Below the pieces are notes generated by a model. That model was not told the DNA's origin and did no database searches. It was given only the letters and a program-made list of their open reading frames with translations. Positions 45,979-54,910 of a DNA stretch of 64,000 nucleotides are shown piece by piece. This stretch comes from an uncultured cyanobacterium. Its GTDB lineage: Bacteria; Cyanobacteriota; Cyanobacteriia; Cyanobacteriales; CAWUOF01. How positions within the stretch are numbered: position 1 is the stretch's first letter; each line of letters starts with the position of its first letter. Both the position numbers and the translations under genes were made by a program. Where the stretch lies: the NCBI GenBank assembly GCA_963744145.1, contig CAVUSO010000001.1, forward strand, positions 3,200,001 through 3,264,000, given 5' to 3'.

Positions 45979-46674
45979 TTAAACAGAAGCTAGTCCGTAA
46001 GCGGACAATTTCATAATTTCCCGGGTATTAAAGCCAATATTACTTAAGGCTTCTCCATATTGAATCATAAAGTCCTCGACCAGGGCTTCTCTTTCCATTC
46101 CCAGTACCCGAGCATCCTTGGCTACTTGGTTGAGCATCTGCCAAACTAAGGGAAGATTATGACGGTTGGCTGTTTCTAGTTCGGCTTTGGCTGCGGTAAA
46201 ATGCTCGGTGAGCCATTTTTCGCCAAATTTCAGATGACTGTATTCGTCTTTGATCACACCTTCGGTAATTTTTTTGGCAAATGGGTCAGCAACAGGGATG
46301 TAAATGTTATAGGCAGCGATCGCAAAACATTCGATAATTAAAGCTTGAATGAGTAAGCAAGTCACTACTTGACCTTGAGCTGCTGCTGTTTGAAAGTTTT
46401 TATGTAGACCCGCGAAGAATTCACGGGCAAATTTTAGATCTGGCGTCACACTGAGGTTCTTTCCACAAGCTTCAAAGCCTTTTTTATGACGACTTTCCAT
46501 CTTCGCTAAATTAATTAAGTCATCTTTATGCTCCGGCAGCAATTCAGCCAGTTGAATATAATTGTCATTGGCATCTTGTTCACCTTCGATCACAATCGCA
46601 TTGATCCGACTGTAGGCATCTTTGTAGATTTCGCTGTGAAAATCTAGGGCTGGGCTGGCCTCAAGCTGGGGCAT
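45979..46674 (-). CDS. ado: Aldehyde-deformylating oxygenase
   Basis: [33 protein letters not shown] di-iron motifs. Confidence 0.98.
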   Translation of the reverse strand: MPQLEASPALDFHSEIYKDAYSRINAIVIEGEQDANDNYIQLAELLPEHKDDLINLAKMESRHKKGFEACGKNLSVTPDLKFAREFFAGLHKNFQTAAAQGQVVTCLLIQALIIECFAIAAYNIYIPVADPFAKKITEGVIKDEYSHLKFGEKWLTEHFTAAKAELETANRHNLPLVWQMLNQVAKDARVLGMEREALVEDFMIQYGEALSNIGFNTREIMKLSAYGLASV

Positions 46675-46840
46675 AGTTTTTGGTTCTCCTCATCACAAGT
46701 AAGCCGATTTTAAACTGATCTTAATGATTCTAGGGAAAAGATATAAGTTAATGGAACTTAACTTAGCTTATAGTTTACGTTAGCTTAGTTCAACCAAAAA
46801 TTTACCAATAACTTCTAAATTGGTCAAATTGGCAGCTCGG

Positions 46841-47881
46841 TTATGGTTCGTTCTGGTTGAGAATTTGCAAGCGAATGTGGCGATCGCGTTCTCCCAGGTC
46901 AATTTCAATAATTTCCCCTGACAGCCGTTCTAAGCAACTTAAGAGATGACGTAAATTGGGGGTACTTGCTCCTGTATCTACATACAAGCGATCGGCTAAA
47001 TTAGCGACCCGTTTCCAAGTATTGTATAGTTTGACCATCGCTTCTTCTAATACAGCCGCCTGTTTGAGAATATCAGCAGCAGTATTGAGACATCCCAGTC
47101 TGAGAGCTTCTTCTAATGCCATTTCCAGATCAATTCGACTGTGGCTGAGTGCTTGTACTCGTCCGGCTGCGTCTAGATAACGTGACAAATTACGAGCATC
47201 TGAGGTAGCCTGTTTAAGGGTTTCAACATCAGGATTTTGGACTAATTCTTCTTGAATAGCACTAATGTGGGATTCTGGTAACTTTCCGAGTTCTTTAACT
47301 AAGGGTGCCAGGTAACGAGTGGGTACGGAGCCAGAAGTAGCTTTTTCTTTAACTTCAGCCGGAATTAACTCCGAAGACATCGCTGTCCATTCATCCGATA
47401 GCTGACGAACTTCCCTTCTGGTAATGCGATCGCCTTCATTAGCGGCTTCAGTTACCAATTTTTGCACTTCAGGAGATGATTTGGCGGTCTCCACAAAGGC
47501 TCTTTTACTAAAACGCTTAATACTTGATGGTTCTAGGTTCCCTTGGGATAAGAGGGTATCAGCACTATTAGCGAGTTCAATCAGTGAATAGGCTTGACTT
47601 TTACTGATTTCTCGATCTTTGAGCCAGTTACTAAAACCACTACCGCGTCCTTCTCCACTTCGTTTTTCCCGATCGCGAATCACTTTGAGAATCCGACCGC
47701 GCCAAATATCGGTTTGCAAATCAAAGCGATCGCAAACTTGCCAAGCTGTATCTAGCTGTTGTTCAAATTCCTCATCTGGGATCTGCTGATCTTCGGGATC
47801 GGGTAGATCGAAGTCTAAATGAGTATTCACACCGTCAAAAGCGGCAATTAGGTCTTGAGCAGAAGAGGATGTTTGCACCAT
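46841..47881 (-). CDS. Conserved cyanobacterial-type hypothetical protein
   Basis: 346-aa helical ORF (FDLQTDIWRGRIL...); function not recognised. Confidence 0.8.
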   Translation of the reverse strand: MVQTSSSAQDLIAAFDGVNTHLDFDLPDPEDQQIPDEEFEQQLDTAWQVCDRFDLQTDIWRGRILKVIRDREKRSGEGRGSGFSNWLKDREISKSQAYSLIELANSADTLLSQGNLEPSSIKRFSKRAFVETAKSSPEVQKLVTEAANEGDRITRREVRQLSDEWTAMSSELIPAEVKEKATSGSVPTRYLAPLVKELGKLPESHISAIQEELVQNPDVETLKQATSDARNLSRYLDAAGRVQALSHSRIDLEMALEEALRLGCLNTAADILKQAAVLEEAMVKLYNTWKRVANLADRLYVDTGASTPNLRHLLSCLERLSGEIIEIDLGERDRHIRLQILNQNEP

Positions 47882-47965
47882 CGGAGCTTGTCAGACAACA
47901 GCCAAACTATTATTACACGCTTAGTCCGATCGCTGTTCATTTTGGCCACACCTAATCTTGCCTGA

Positions 47966-48445
47966 TTACTTATGTATAAGTTTTATTAATAAAAAAATCA
48001 GACAGACCACAAAGATAATTAGAATGATGGCGGCGATCGCTACCCCCAGTAATAAGAGGAAAATAAACCGTCCATCAGCCTTTTTCCCTTGAGTGGGAGC
48101 ATTTAAGTGTTTTTCTAATAAGGAAACATTTTTGGTGTGACATTTCCAAGTAGCATCAAACAAATCTCCAAAAATGGGTACAGTACCAACTACCACATCG
48201 ATCAGGATATTTAAGACCATTCGGATCAGAGTAGCCTGTGGTAAGCCCAATTTAGCGGCTCGGAACACAATGTAAACACCCAAAATACCAATTAATACAT
48301 CACCCCCAAAAGGTAACAGTCCCATAATTGCATCTAGCCCAACCCGGAATGGTGTCCCAGGAATAGCAAAAGCATTGTCTAAGAGATAACTAAGTTGACG
48401 GAGATGGTCTAAGGTATTTTGATAGGATTCTTTACTAATAGTCAT
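47966..48445 (-). CDS. DUF4112 family membrane protein
   Basis: LLDNAFAIPGT.FRVGLD..MGLLP.GGD and VPIFGDLFD motifs. Confidence 0.88.
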   Translation of the reverse strand: MTISKESYQNTLDHLRQLSYLLDNAFAIPGTPFRVGLDAIMGLLPFGGDVLIGILGVYIVFRAAKLGLPQATLIRMVLNILIDVVVGTVPIFGDLFDATWKCHTKNVSLLEKHLNAPTQGKKADGRFIFLLLLGVAIAAIILIIFVVCLIFLLIKLIHK

Positions 48446-48788
48446 GGCCAGAATTCTTTTTAGGCTATTTTTTATTTTGACGTGATTTTGAGACTTTTAA
48501 CAAGATCATTAAATCTTAAGACATTTTCATCCAACTTATATAACTCAACCATCAGCATATACATCATCTTAAAATCCCAATGTCATACTATGATCAACAA
48601 CCAAAATAACCGACAAATCTCCTACTAACTTTCCAAATTTATATTAAACCAACAAAAAAACGAATCATAACAAATCCAGATTAAAAATCTCCTTTCTTCT
48701 CATCATCTTTCTTTTTCCTCCTGCCTCAGCATCGATCGCGCTTCCTTCACCCATATATTAATCAAACTAGATCAAAGAAAGTAGAAGA

Positions 48789-48836
48789 AGGGCGTTTGCC
48801 TACGGCACGTTGCGCGATCGCGAGAGCTAAACGCCC
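48789..48836. repeat. REP-like hairpin carrying a 21-nt SDR5-like insert
   Basis: GGGCGTTT...AAACGCCC stem enclosing GCCTACGGCACGTTGCGCGAT (48798-48818). Confidence 0.55.
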
Positions 48837-48906
48837 ATACAATTAACTGAACCGTATAACTGAACCATATTGACATATAACTCCATAAAAATGAGAAATA
48901 TTAGCC

Positions 48907-50373
48907 ATGAGCATCTCGCTAAACTTTAAAGAACTTAGTAATCTAAAGCTAAATAAATGGCTACTAAGCCTACTAATATTAATCCCCATAATTAGCCTTA
49001 GCTATTTCGCTTATCACCAATTCGTAACCGTACCTCAAGAGCAGGCAAAAAATAAAATTCAAACAGCAGTGGTTCAGCGAAGCAACCTTACGATCACAGT
49101 TTCTGCAAATGGGACAGTGCAACCCATCCAATCAGTGAACATGAGTCCCAAAACCGCAGGAATTCTCAAACAACTGCTAGTTAAAGAAGGCGATTCTGTC
49201 AAACAAGGACAAATACTTGCCTATATGGACGACTCAAATCTTCAAGGGCAACTACTTCAGGCTCAGGGTAACCTCACTGCAGCTCAAGCAAATTTGCAAA
49301 AATTAATCAATGGGAATCGTTCTGAAGATATTGCTACAGCAAAGGCGCAACTAGATGAACAACAAGCAAATTTAGAAAAATCAGTCAATGGCAACCGATC
49401 AGAAGATATCTCCCAAGCCCAAGCTCATCTGAAAGATTCCCAATATGCCTTGCGACAAGCGCAGGATGACTTCGGGCGGAATCAAGAACTCTATAAAGCA
49501 GGTGCCATCTCTCTTCAGAGTCTAAATACCTTCCAGACTACCCGCGATCGCGCCCAAACTCAAGTCAAGCAAGCAGCGCAAGCTCCCTCAGAGATGCGAG
49601 TAGGAAATCGTCCAGAAGATATCGCTCAAGCCCAAGCAGTCTTCAACCAAAAACAGGACGCTCTGAATCTTTCTCAAGCTGGGTCAAGACCGGAAGACAT
49701 TGCACAAGCCCGTGCCCAAGTAGCGGCAGCTCAAGGAGCGGTACAAATTATCCAGACAAACATCAACGATACCGTACTCCGGGCACCATTTAGTGGAATT
49801 ATCGCCCGTAAATTTGCTGATCCAGGCTCATTTGTAACCCCTACCACCGCAGGGAGTTCAGTAACCTCAGCGACCTCCTCTTCCATTTTGTCCCTTGCAT
49901 CGGCGAACGAGGTCATTGCCCAGGTAGCAGAAGCGAACATTTCCCAAATTCACATGGCTCTAGTCGCAACCATTCAGGCAGATGCCTATCCAGGGAAAAC
50001 CTTTACTGGAAAGGTGACACAAATTGCCACCCAGTCGGATGTAGTGCAAAACGTGACCACCTTTGAGGTAAAGACATCGCTACCAGATCCCCAAAACCTG
50101 TTGCGATCGGGAATGAATGTGAATGTGCAGTTCAAGGCTGGAGAATTGAAAAATGTGTTAGTAGTGCCAACTGCAACGATCGTTCAACAAAACAATTCTC
50201 AGGGTGTGTTTGTAGCAAAAGACCAAGGTAATCCAGTCTTCGTACCCATTATCGTCGGGACAACGGTGAATGACAAAACCGAAGTGAAGTCTGGTTTGAC
50301 CGGAAACGAAAAGGTCTTACTCAGCTTTCCACCTGGAACTCGTAAGGTTTCTACATCTAATGGCAGACCGTAA
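48907..50373 (+). CDS. Efflux periplasmic adaptor subunit (HlyD/MacA-like)
   Basis: N-terminal TM helix, VKEGDSVKQGQ lipoyl half-motif, repeated G(N/S)R(S/P)EDI coiled coil, RAPFSG. Confidence 0.93.
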   Translation: MSISLNFKELSNLKLNKWLLSLLILIPIISLSYFAYHQFVTVPQEQAKNKIQTAVVQRSNLTITVSANGTVQPIQSVNMSPKTAGILKQLLVKEGDSVKQGQILAYMDDSNLQGQLLQAQGNLTAAQANLQKLINGNRSEDIATAKAQLDEQQANLEKSVNGNRSEDISQAQAHLKDSQYALRQAQDDFGRNQELYKAGAISLQSLNTFQTTRDRAQTQVKQAAQAPSEMRVGNRPEDIAQAQAVFNQKQDALNLSQAGSRPEDIAQARAQVAAAQGAVQIIQTNINDTVLRAPFSGIIARKFADPGSFVTPTTAGSSVTSATSSSILSLASANEVIAQVAEANISQIHMALVATIQADAYPGKTFTGKVTQIATQSDVVQNVTTFEVKTSLPDPQNLLRSGMNVNVQFKAGELKNVLVVPTATIVQQNNSQGVFVAKDQGNPVFVPIIVGTTVNDKTEVKSGLTGNEKVLLSFPPGTRKVSTSNGRP

Positions 50374-50389
50374 GGAGCCTTGATTTTTC

Positions 50390-51712
50390 ATGAAAAAACT
50401 TGAATTACCACCGCCAACAGAGCGTTCGCGTCAGCGTTGCGGAGCAACATCGCGCCGTCCGCGAAAACGCAAGGTTTCTCTTGAACAAGTTCTGATCATG
50501 TCAGTGGAAACTCTGTGGAGCAACAAACTGCGGACATTCTTAACCATGTTGGGGGTGATTATTGGCATCTCCTCAGTGATTACGATTACCTCCGTGGGGC
50601 AGGGCGTGCAAAAGTCAACACAGTCACAAATCGAAGCATTGGGAACAAACGTGATGATGGTCAGAGCCCAGGGAGCAGTAATCAACGGGATCAGACAAGG
50701 ACCAGATTCAGCTAGTTCGCTAACTTGGGAAGATGCTCAGGCGATCGCCAAGCAAGTCCCTGCTGCTAAATCGGTTACAGCATTCTTACAACGGGGTTCA
50801 ATTCAGGTAGTCCGGGGTAATACCAATATTTCCACTACCCTTTTAGGTACAGATTTGAATTACCCAACCATGAAAAATATTTCTCCCCAAGAGGGACTCT
50901 TTTTTAGTCAAGGGGATTTAGATGCGGGACGACCAGTGGCGTTTCTTGGTTCTAAGGTGCGGGATGAATTGTTTAACACAGGGGAATCTGCCCTCGGAGC
51001 TAATGTGCGGATTCAGAGTAAAAGCTACATAGTAGTAGGGGTAGCCCAGGCGAAGGGAACAGCGGGCGGACAGGATCTGGACGATATAATTTATATTCCA
51101 CTAACCAATATGTCTGCCCAAATTGTAGGCAACAACGCTGTCGCGGGTGTAGCAATTAATGGCTTCTGGTTAGAATCGAGCAATGGAGATCAGCTAGAAG
51201 CGGCTCAATTTCAAGTCACGAATATTCTGCGTTTGCGACATGGAATTCATCCATTAGACCCCGATGATTTTCGGATTACGAATCAAGTCGATATCATCAA
51301 CACCTTTACCAATGTGATGGGGTCATTTACCTTGATGGTGGGGGCGATCGCGGGCATTTCCCTAGTTGTCGGAGGAATTGGTATTGCTAACATTATGTTG
51401 GTTTCAGTAATGGAACGAACGCGAGAAATCGGCATTCGCAAAGCCGTGGGCGCAACCAGCACCGATATTTTGAGCCAGTTTTTGACCGAAGCAGTCGTTT
51501 TATCAATGATCGGTGGTGCGATTGGGGTGGGATTGGGAATTGGGTTTGCGTTTGCTGCTGCCACTATATTTCAATTTCCATTCATTGTGCCATTGTGGTC
51601 GATTGGAGCGGGGTTTGGCTCCTCGTTCATCGTTGGCATTCTGGCAGGCGGCATCCCTGCTCGTAATGCTGCCAAATTAGATCCGATCACAGCCCTACAC
51701 AGTGAGCAATAA
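50390..51712 (+). CDS. ABC transporter permease (MacB/FtsX-like)
   Basis: LRTFLTMLGVIIG, GGIGIANIMLVSV.ERTREIGIRKAVGA, PA..AA.LDPI.AL. Confidence 0.95.
   Translation: MKKLELPPPTERSRQRCGATSRRPRKRKVSLEQVLIMSVETLWSNKLRTFLTMLGVIIGISSVITITSVGQGVQKSTQSQIEALGTNVMMVRAQGAVINGIRQGPDSASSLTWEDAQAIAKQVPAAKSVTAFLQRGSIQVVRGNTNISTTLLGTDLNYPTMKNISPQEGLFFSQGDLDAGRPVAFLGSKVRDELFNTGESALGANVRIQSKSYIVVGVAQAKGTAGGQDLDDIIYIPLTNMSAQIVGNNAVAGVAINGFWLESSNGDQLEAAQFQVTNILRLRHGIHPLDPDDFRITNQVDIINTFTNVMGSFTLMVGAIAGISLVVGGIGIANIMLVSVMERTREIGIRKAVGATSTDILSQFLTEAVVLSMIGGAIGVGLGIGFAFAAATIFQFPFIVPLWSIGAGFGSSFIVGILAGGIPARNAAKLDPITALHSEQ
50425..50448. repeat. 24-nt SDR5-like element inserted in a HIP1 site, in frame within the permease
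   Basis: GCG|TTCGCGTCAGCGTTGCGGAGCAAC|ATCGC; removal restores GCGATCGC; contains two mini-hairpins. Confidence 0.65.
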
Positions 51713-51714
51713 CT

Positions 51715-52428
51715 ATGGCAATTATGATCTGGATGGAGGGGATTACGAAGACCTATCATTTGGGAGAATTGGATGTACCTATTCTCAAGAATATTGATCT
51801 ATCGATCGAAGATGGGGAATATGTGGCGATTATGGGGGCTTCGGGTTCAGGTAAATCGACGCTGATGAATATTATTGGCTGTCTCGATCGCGCGACAAGC
51901 GGACTATATACATTGGATGGTAGAAACCTGACTACACTGAATGATGATGGACTCGCAGATATTCGCAATCAGTATATTGGTTTTGTATTTCAACAATTTA
52001 ATTTGTTGCCACGATTGACAGCACTAGAAAATGTCATGTTGCCGATGATTTATGCTGATGTATCTAAATCGAAACGAGTGAAAGCTGCGACCACTGCTTT
52101 GGAAAAGATTGGGTTGGGCGATCGCTTAAAAAACCGTCCTAGCCAACTTTCAGGAGGACAGCAACAGCGAGTAGCGATCGCTCGTGCTTTGGTAAATCAT
52201 CCTGCTTTAGTGTTAGCGGATGAACCAACGGGAGCGTTAGATTCTAAAACTTCTCAGGAGATTATGAATCTGTTGACAGAATTAAATCAACAGGGCACTA
52301 CGATCGCACTTGTTACCCATGATGCAACAGTAGCAGCTCAAACAAAACGGGTCATTCATATGCAGGATGGAGTGATTGTTGAGGTAGCGAAAGCGAAACC
52401 TTTGCAAACTTCCGACATTTTACTTTGA
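51715..52428 (+). CDS. ABC transporter ATP-binding protein (LolD/MacB-like)
   Basis: GASGSGKS, LSGGQQQR, LADEPTG, VTHD. Confidence 0.96.
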   Translation: MAIMIWMEGITKTYHLGELDVPILKNIDLSIEDGEYVAIMGASGSGKSTLMNIIGCLDRATSGLYTLDGRNLTTLNDDGLADIRNQYIGFVFQQFNLLPRLTALENVMLPMIYADVSKSKRVKAATTALEKIGLGDRLKNRPSQLSGGQQQRVAIARALVNHPALVLADEPTGALDSKTSQEIMNLLTELNQQGTTIALVTHDATVAAQTKRVIHMQDGVIVEVAKAKPLQTSDILL

Positions 52429-52491
52429 ATTATTTTAAGATCAAGTAGACAATGCAAGAATCCTTTTCCAACTCAGCAGGCAGGCATTTAC

Positions 52492-52865
52492 AAGTAGTCA
52501 CCGAGAAAGCCCACCCCTTTCATGGGTCGGGATGAATCGGAGAGCTACTGCAAGGAGCCGTAAAAATTATTAAATTATATTAATATAGCGTATTTCCTAA
52601 GAAAATACGCTATATTAATATCAATCGATGGCAACGCTGAAAATTGCGGCAAGCGTCGCACGGCGTAATTTTAGGATCTAACGATCCGATTGCCCATTGA
52701 TGATCTACAACTAATCAAAATGTTGTTAGTAAAAAATACGCCGGGGCACGGCGGAATTTCTACGCTTGATGAGATTGCACCTCTGGCTAATTTTAAGCAA
52801 TTGGGGTTGGTTAAGTGCGGTCGTTGATTCAAGAATCCCACTGCCTTTAGGCGTGGGAGTGTCAA
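52492..52865 (+). mobile_element. Non-autonomous IS200/IS605-family derivative (374 bp, no tnpA/tnpB)
   Basis: TTAC target at 52488-91; AAAG guide (52506-09) plus left hairpin; GAAT guide (52833-36), right hairpin CCCAC...GTGGG and terminal TCAA (52862-65). This matches the IS608 end geometry. Confidence 0.85.
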
Positions 52866-52885
52866 AAAGCTTTAATTAAAACTAT
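52735..52885 (+). ncRNA. Putative orphan TnpB omegaRNA (scaffold plus ~20-nt flanking guide); 5' end uncertain
   Basis: CGCCGGGGCACGGCGGAAT...ACGCTTGATGAGA...CCTCT...CAAGAATCCC...TCAA resembles tnpB 3'-end/right-end RNA scaffolds. Confidence 0.55.
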
Positions 52886-53985
52886 CGAGGATGAAAGGGT
52901 TTTTGCATCTTAGGACAATGGCTCGGCACCTCGCTGGTATATTCTTGAGCGTCACCTTGCTAAACAAGCTTGGACAGATAAGAAATTAGGTAAACCACCT
53001 TGGTCAGAGGATGTAGTCTATCAAAAGCATAAACCTGCGATCGTCTCTTTTTTCTCCTTTAAAGGCGGTGTGGGACGAACTAGTACCCTAGCAGCGACTG
53101 CATTGACGTTAGCTCGTAACGGTCATCGAGTTGCTATTGTTGATCTGGATTTAGAAGCACCAGGTCTAGCTACAATTTTTTCACCAGATAACTCTAATAA
53201 TCTTGGTGTCATTGATTATTTATTGGAAAAACAGATTCCCAAAAATGATTGGAAACTTCGCACTCAAACTATTAATGATGAGAAGTTACAGGAGTTTCTA
53301 GGTCGATGATAGCCAACCTATAACATTACTTCCTGCGGGAAATGTAGATGATAATTATTTAGAAAAATTAGCGAGATTAGATTTTCAGAACCTGGTAAAT
53401 GGTGAACTACAAAGCACAATTCAAGGTATGTTAAAAGAATTAGTAAGTGCTGCAAAATCTTTAGATTTCATTTTAATGGATGCGCGGGCTGGTTTTCACG
53501 ATATTGGTGGGCTAGCGATCGCGAATCTTTCCCACGGAGTAGTGATCTTTGGCACTCAATCACGCCAAAGTTGGGCTGGAATAACTCAGGTTATTAAACA
53601 TTTAGGAGGTCATGGAGCTGAGGATCTGCGGTTGATTCTTGTACAATCGATGGCTCCAGCGTTAGGAATACCGGGCAGGGAACAAGAGTTAACAAAATTT
53701 AGAGAACAAGCTTACATCGTTTTTAAAGACAACTATTACTCTAAAGATGAAAACGTTCCTAACTCAAATGATTCCGATGAGCCATTTACCCCTTTTGTTG
53801 TGCCATATCAGGAAAGGCTACGCGGAGATATAGCTCTATTTACTCGCAACTCAAACCCAGAACCAGAAGAATTAGATCGACTGTCAGAACTTGTAATGAT
53901 AATGACCGATCCTACTTCTCCTTATATGCAGATTGCCAAAAAGTTATGCACACTTTTTGGACGTGATTTTCAAATAAAAAATTAA
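52866..53985 (+). pseudogene. MinD/ParA-like ATPase with KGGVGR Walker A; 5'-truncated, internal stop and frameshift
   Basis: The frame from 52866 reads KALIK...*DNG...SFFSFKGGVGRTST...DLDLEAPG (TAG at 52911); frameshift at ~53304 joins LLPAGNVDDNYLEKLARLDF...MDARAGFHDIGG. Confidence 0.85.
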
Positions 53986-54910
53986 TTAAATTAAGCTTAT
54001 GAATAAAATTAATAAACAAAGATTGCTCGAATTACTCATCAAAATTGCTCCTGGAAGGGCAACGGCTGAACATGAAAGTGATAATGATGATGAATTCTTG
54101 AAAAATTTCTTGCCCATAGCAAACTATCGCTATGCTTTAGATCCTAGTATTTTGTTAATATTAGGAGGACGGGGAGTAGGAAAAACCGAACTATTCCGTT
54201 TGCTGGCAATCCCTTCAGGTAGAAAAGCTTTGGTTGAAAGTTTGGGGATTCGATCCTTACCTGACTTAATTAAAACGACATGGATAGCTGGTTTTGGGCG
54301 GGTTCGCAGAGCAGAAAAAAGATTTCCAGCACCAGAGATTGTTGAAACCCAAATGGAAAAAGCTACAAATATTGAATGGCGTAGTTTTTGGATTGGTTTA
54401 ATTTTAGGAGGTCTATTACATGAAGGCGATTTTAAGTTCAAAGATTTTCTGATTGAACAAATTGAACAAATTGAACAAATAGACACAAAGATAGTCAACA
54501 TTCTTAGAGAGGACTTATCTGTTTTATCAAGTTGGCATCCGATCGTCACTCAACATCTGGAAAAATTCAATTCTGTTTTAGATAAATTAGATCAAAAACT
54601 CATTGAAACCGATAATTGGCTATTTGTCACTTATGATGAATTAGATCGATTAGTTGCATCCTATACTGCCTTAGCAAGTCCAATTCGTGAACTTTTAGCT
54701 TTTTGGCTTGATCGATGGCGACGTTGGGACAGAATTCGACCCAAAATATTTTTGCGTACCGATCTATTTCGAGAGGAATTTTTGAGCTTTCCTGATGCTT
54801 CTAAACTGCAAGCCCATCAAACTAAATTGGAATGGACGCATTCATGGCTTTACCAACTTTTGGTTAAACGACTGGCAAATTCTGGTTCGGAAATGACAGA
54901 ATATTTGCAA

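Noticed and set aside
42785..46674. ado-aar-accA-folE cluster as a novelty
   Set aside because: Well-known conserved cyanobacterial arrangement.
48907..52428. Efflux operon as a foreign island (looks more GC-rich)
   Set aside because: Judged by eye only; it contains many HIP1 sites and no island boundaries were seen.
52429..52491. Idea that excising the mini-IS restores the ATPase gene
   Set aside because: The joined frame has no start codon before the upstream gene's TGA, and internal lesions remain.
52671..52865. 64-aa minus-strand ORF
   Set aside because: Antisense to the IS right end and RNA scaffold; no protein features.
54452..54478. ATTGAACAA x3 (IEQ x3), and TTGTTGAAT x3 at 59036-59062
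   Set aside because: Short slippage repeats with no evident function.
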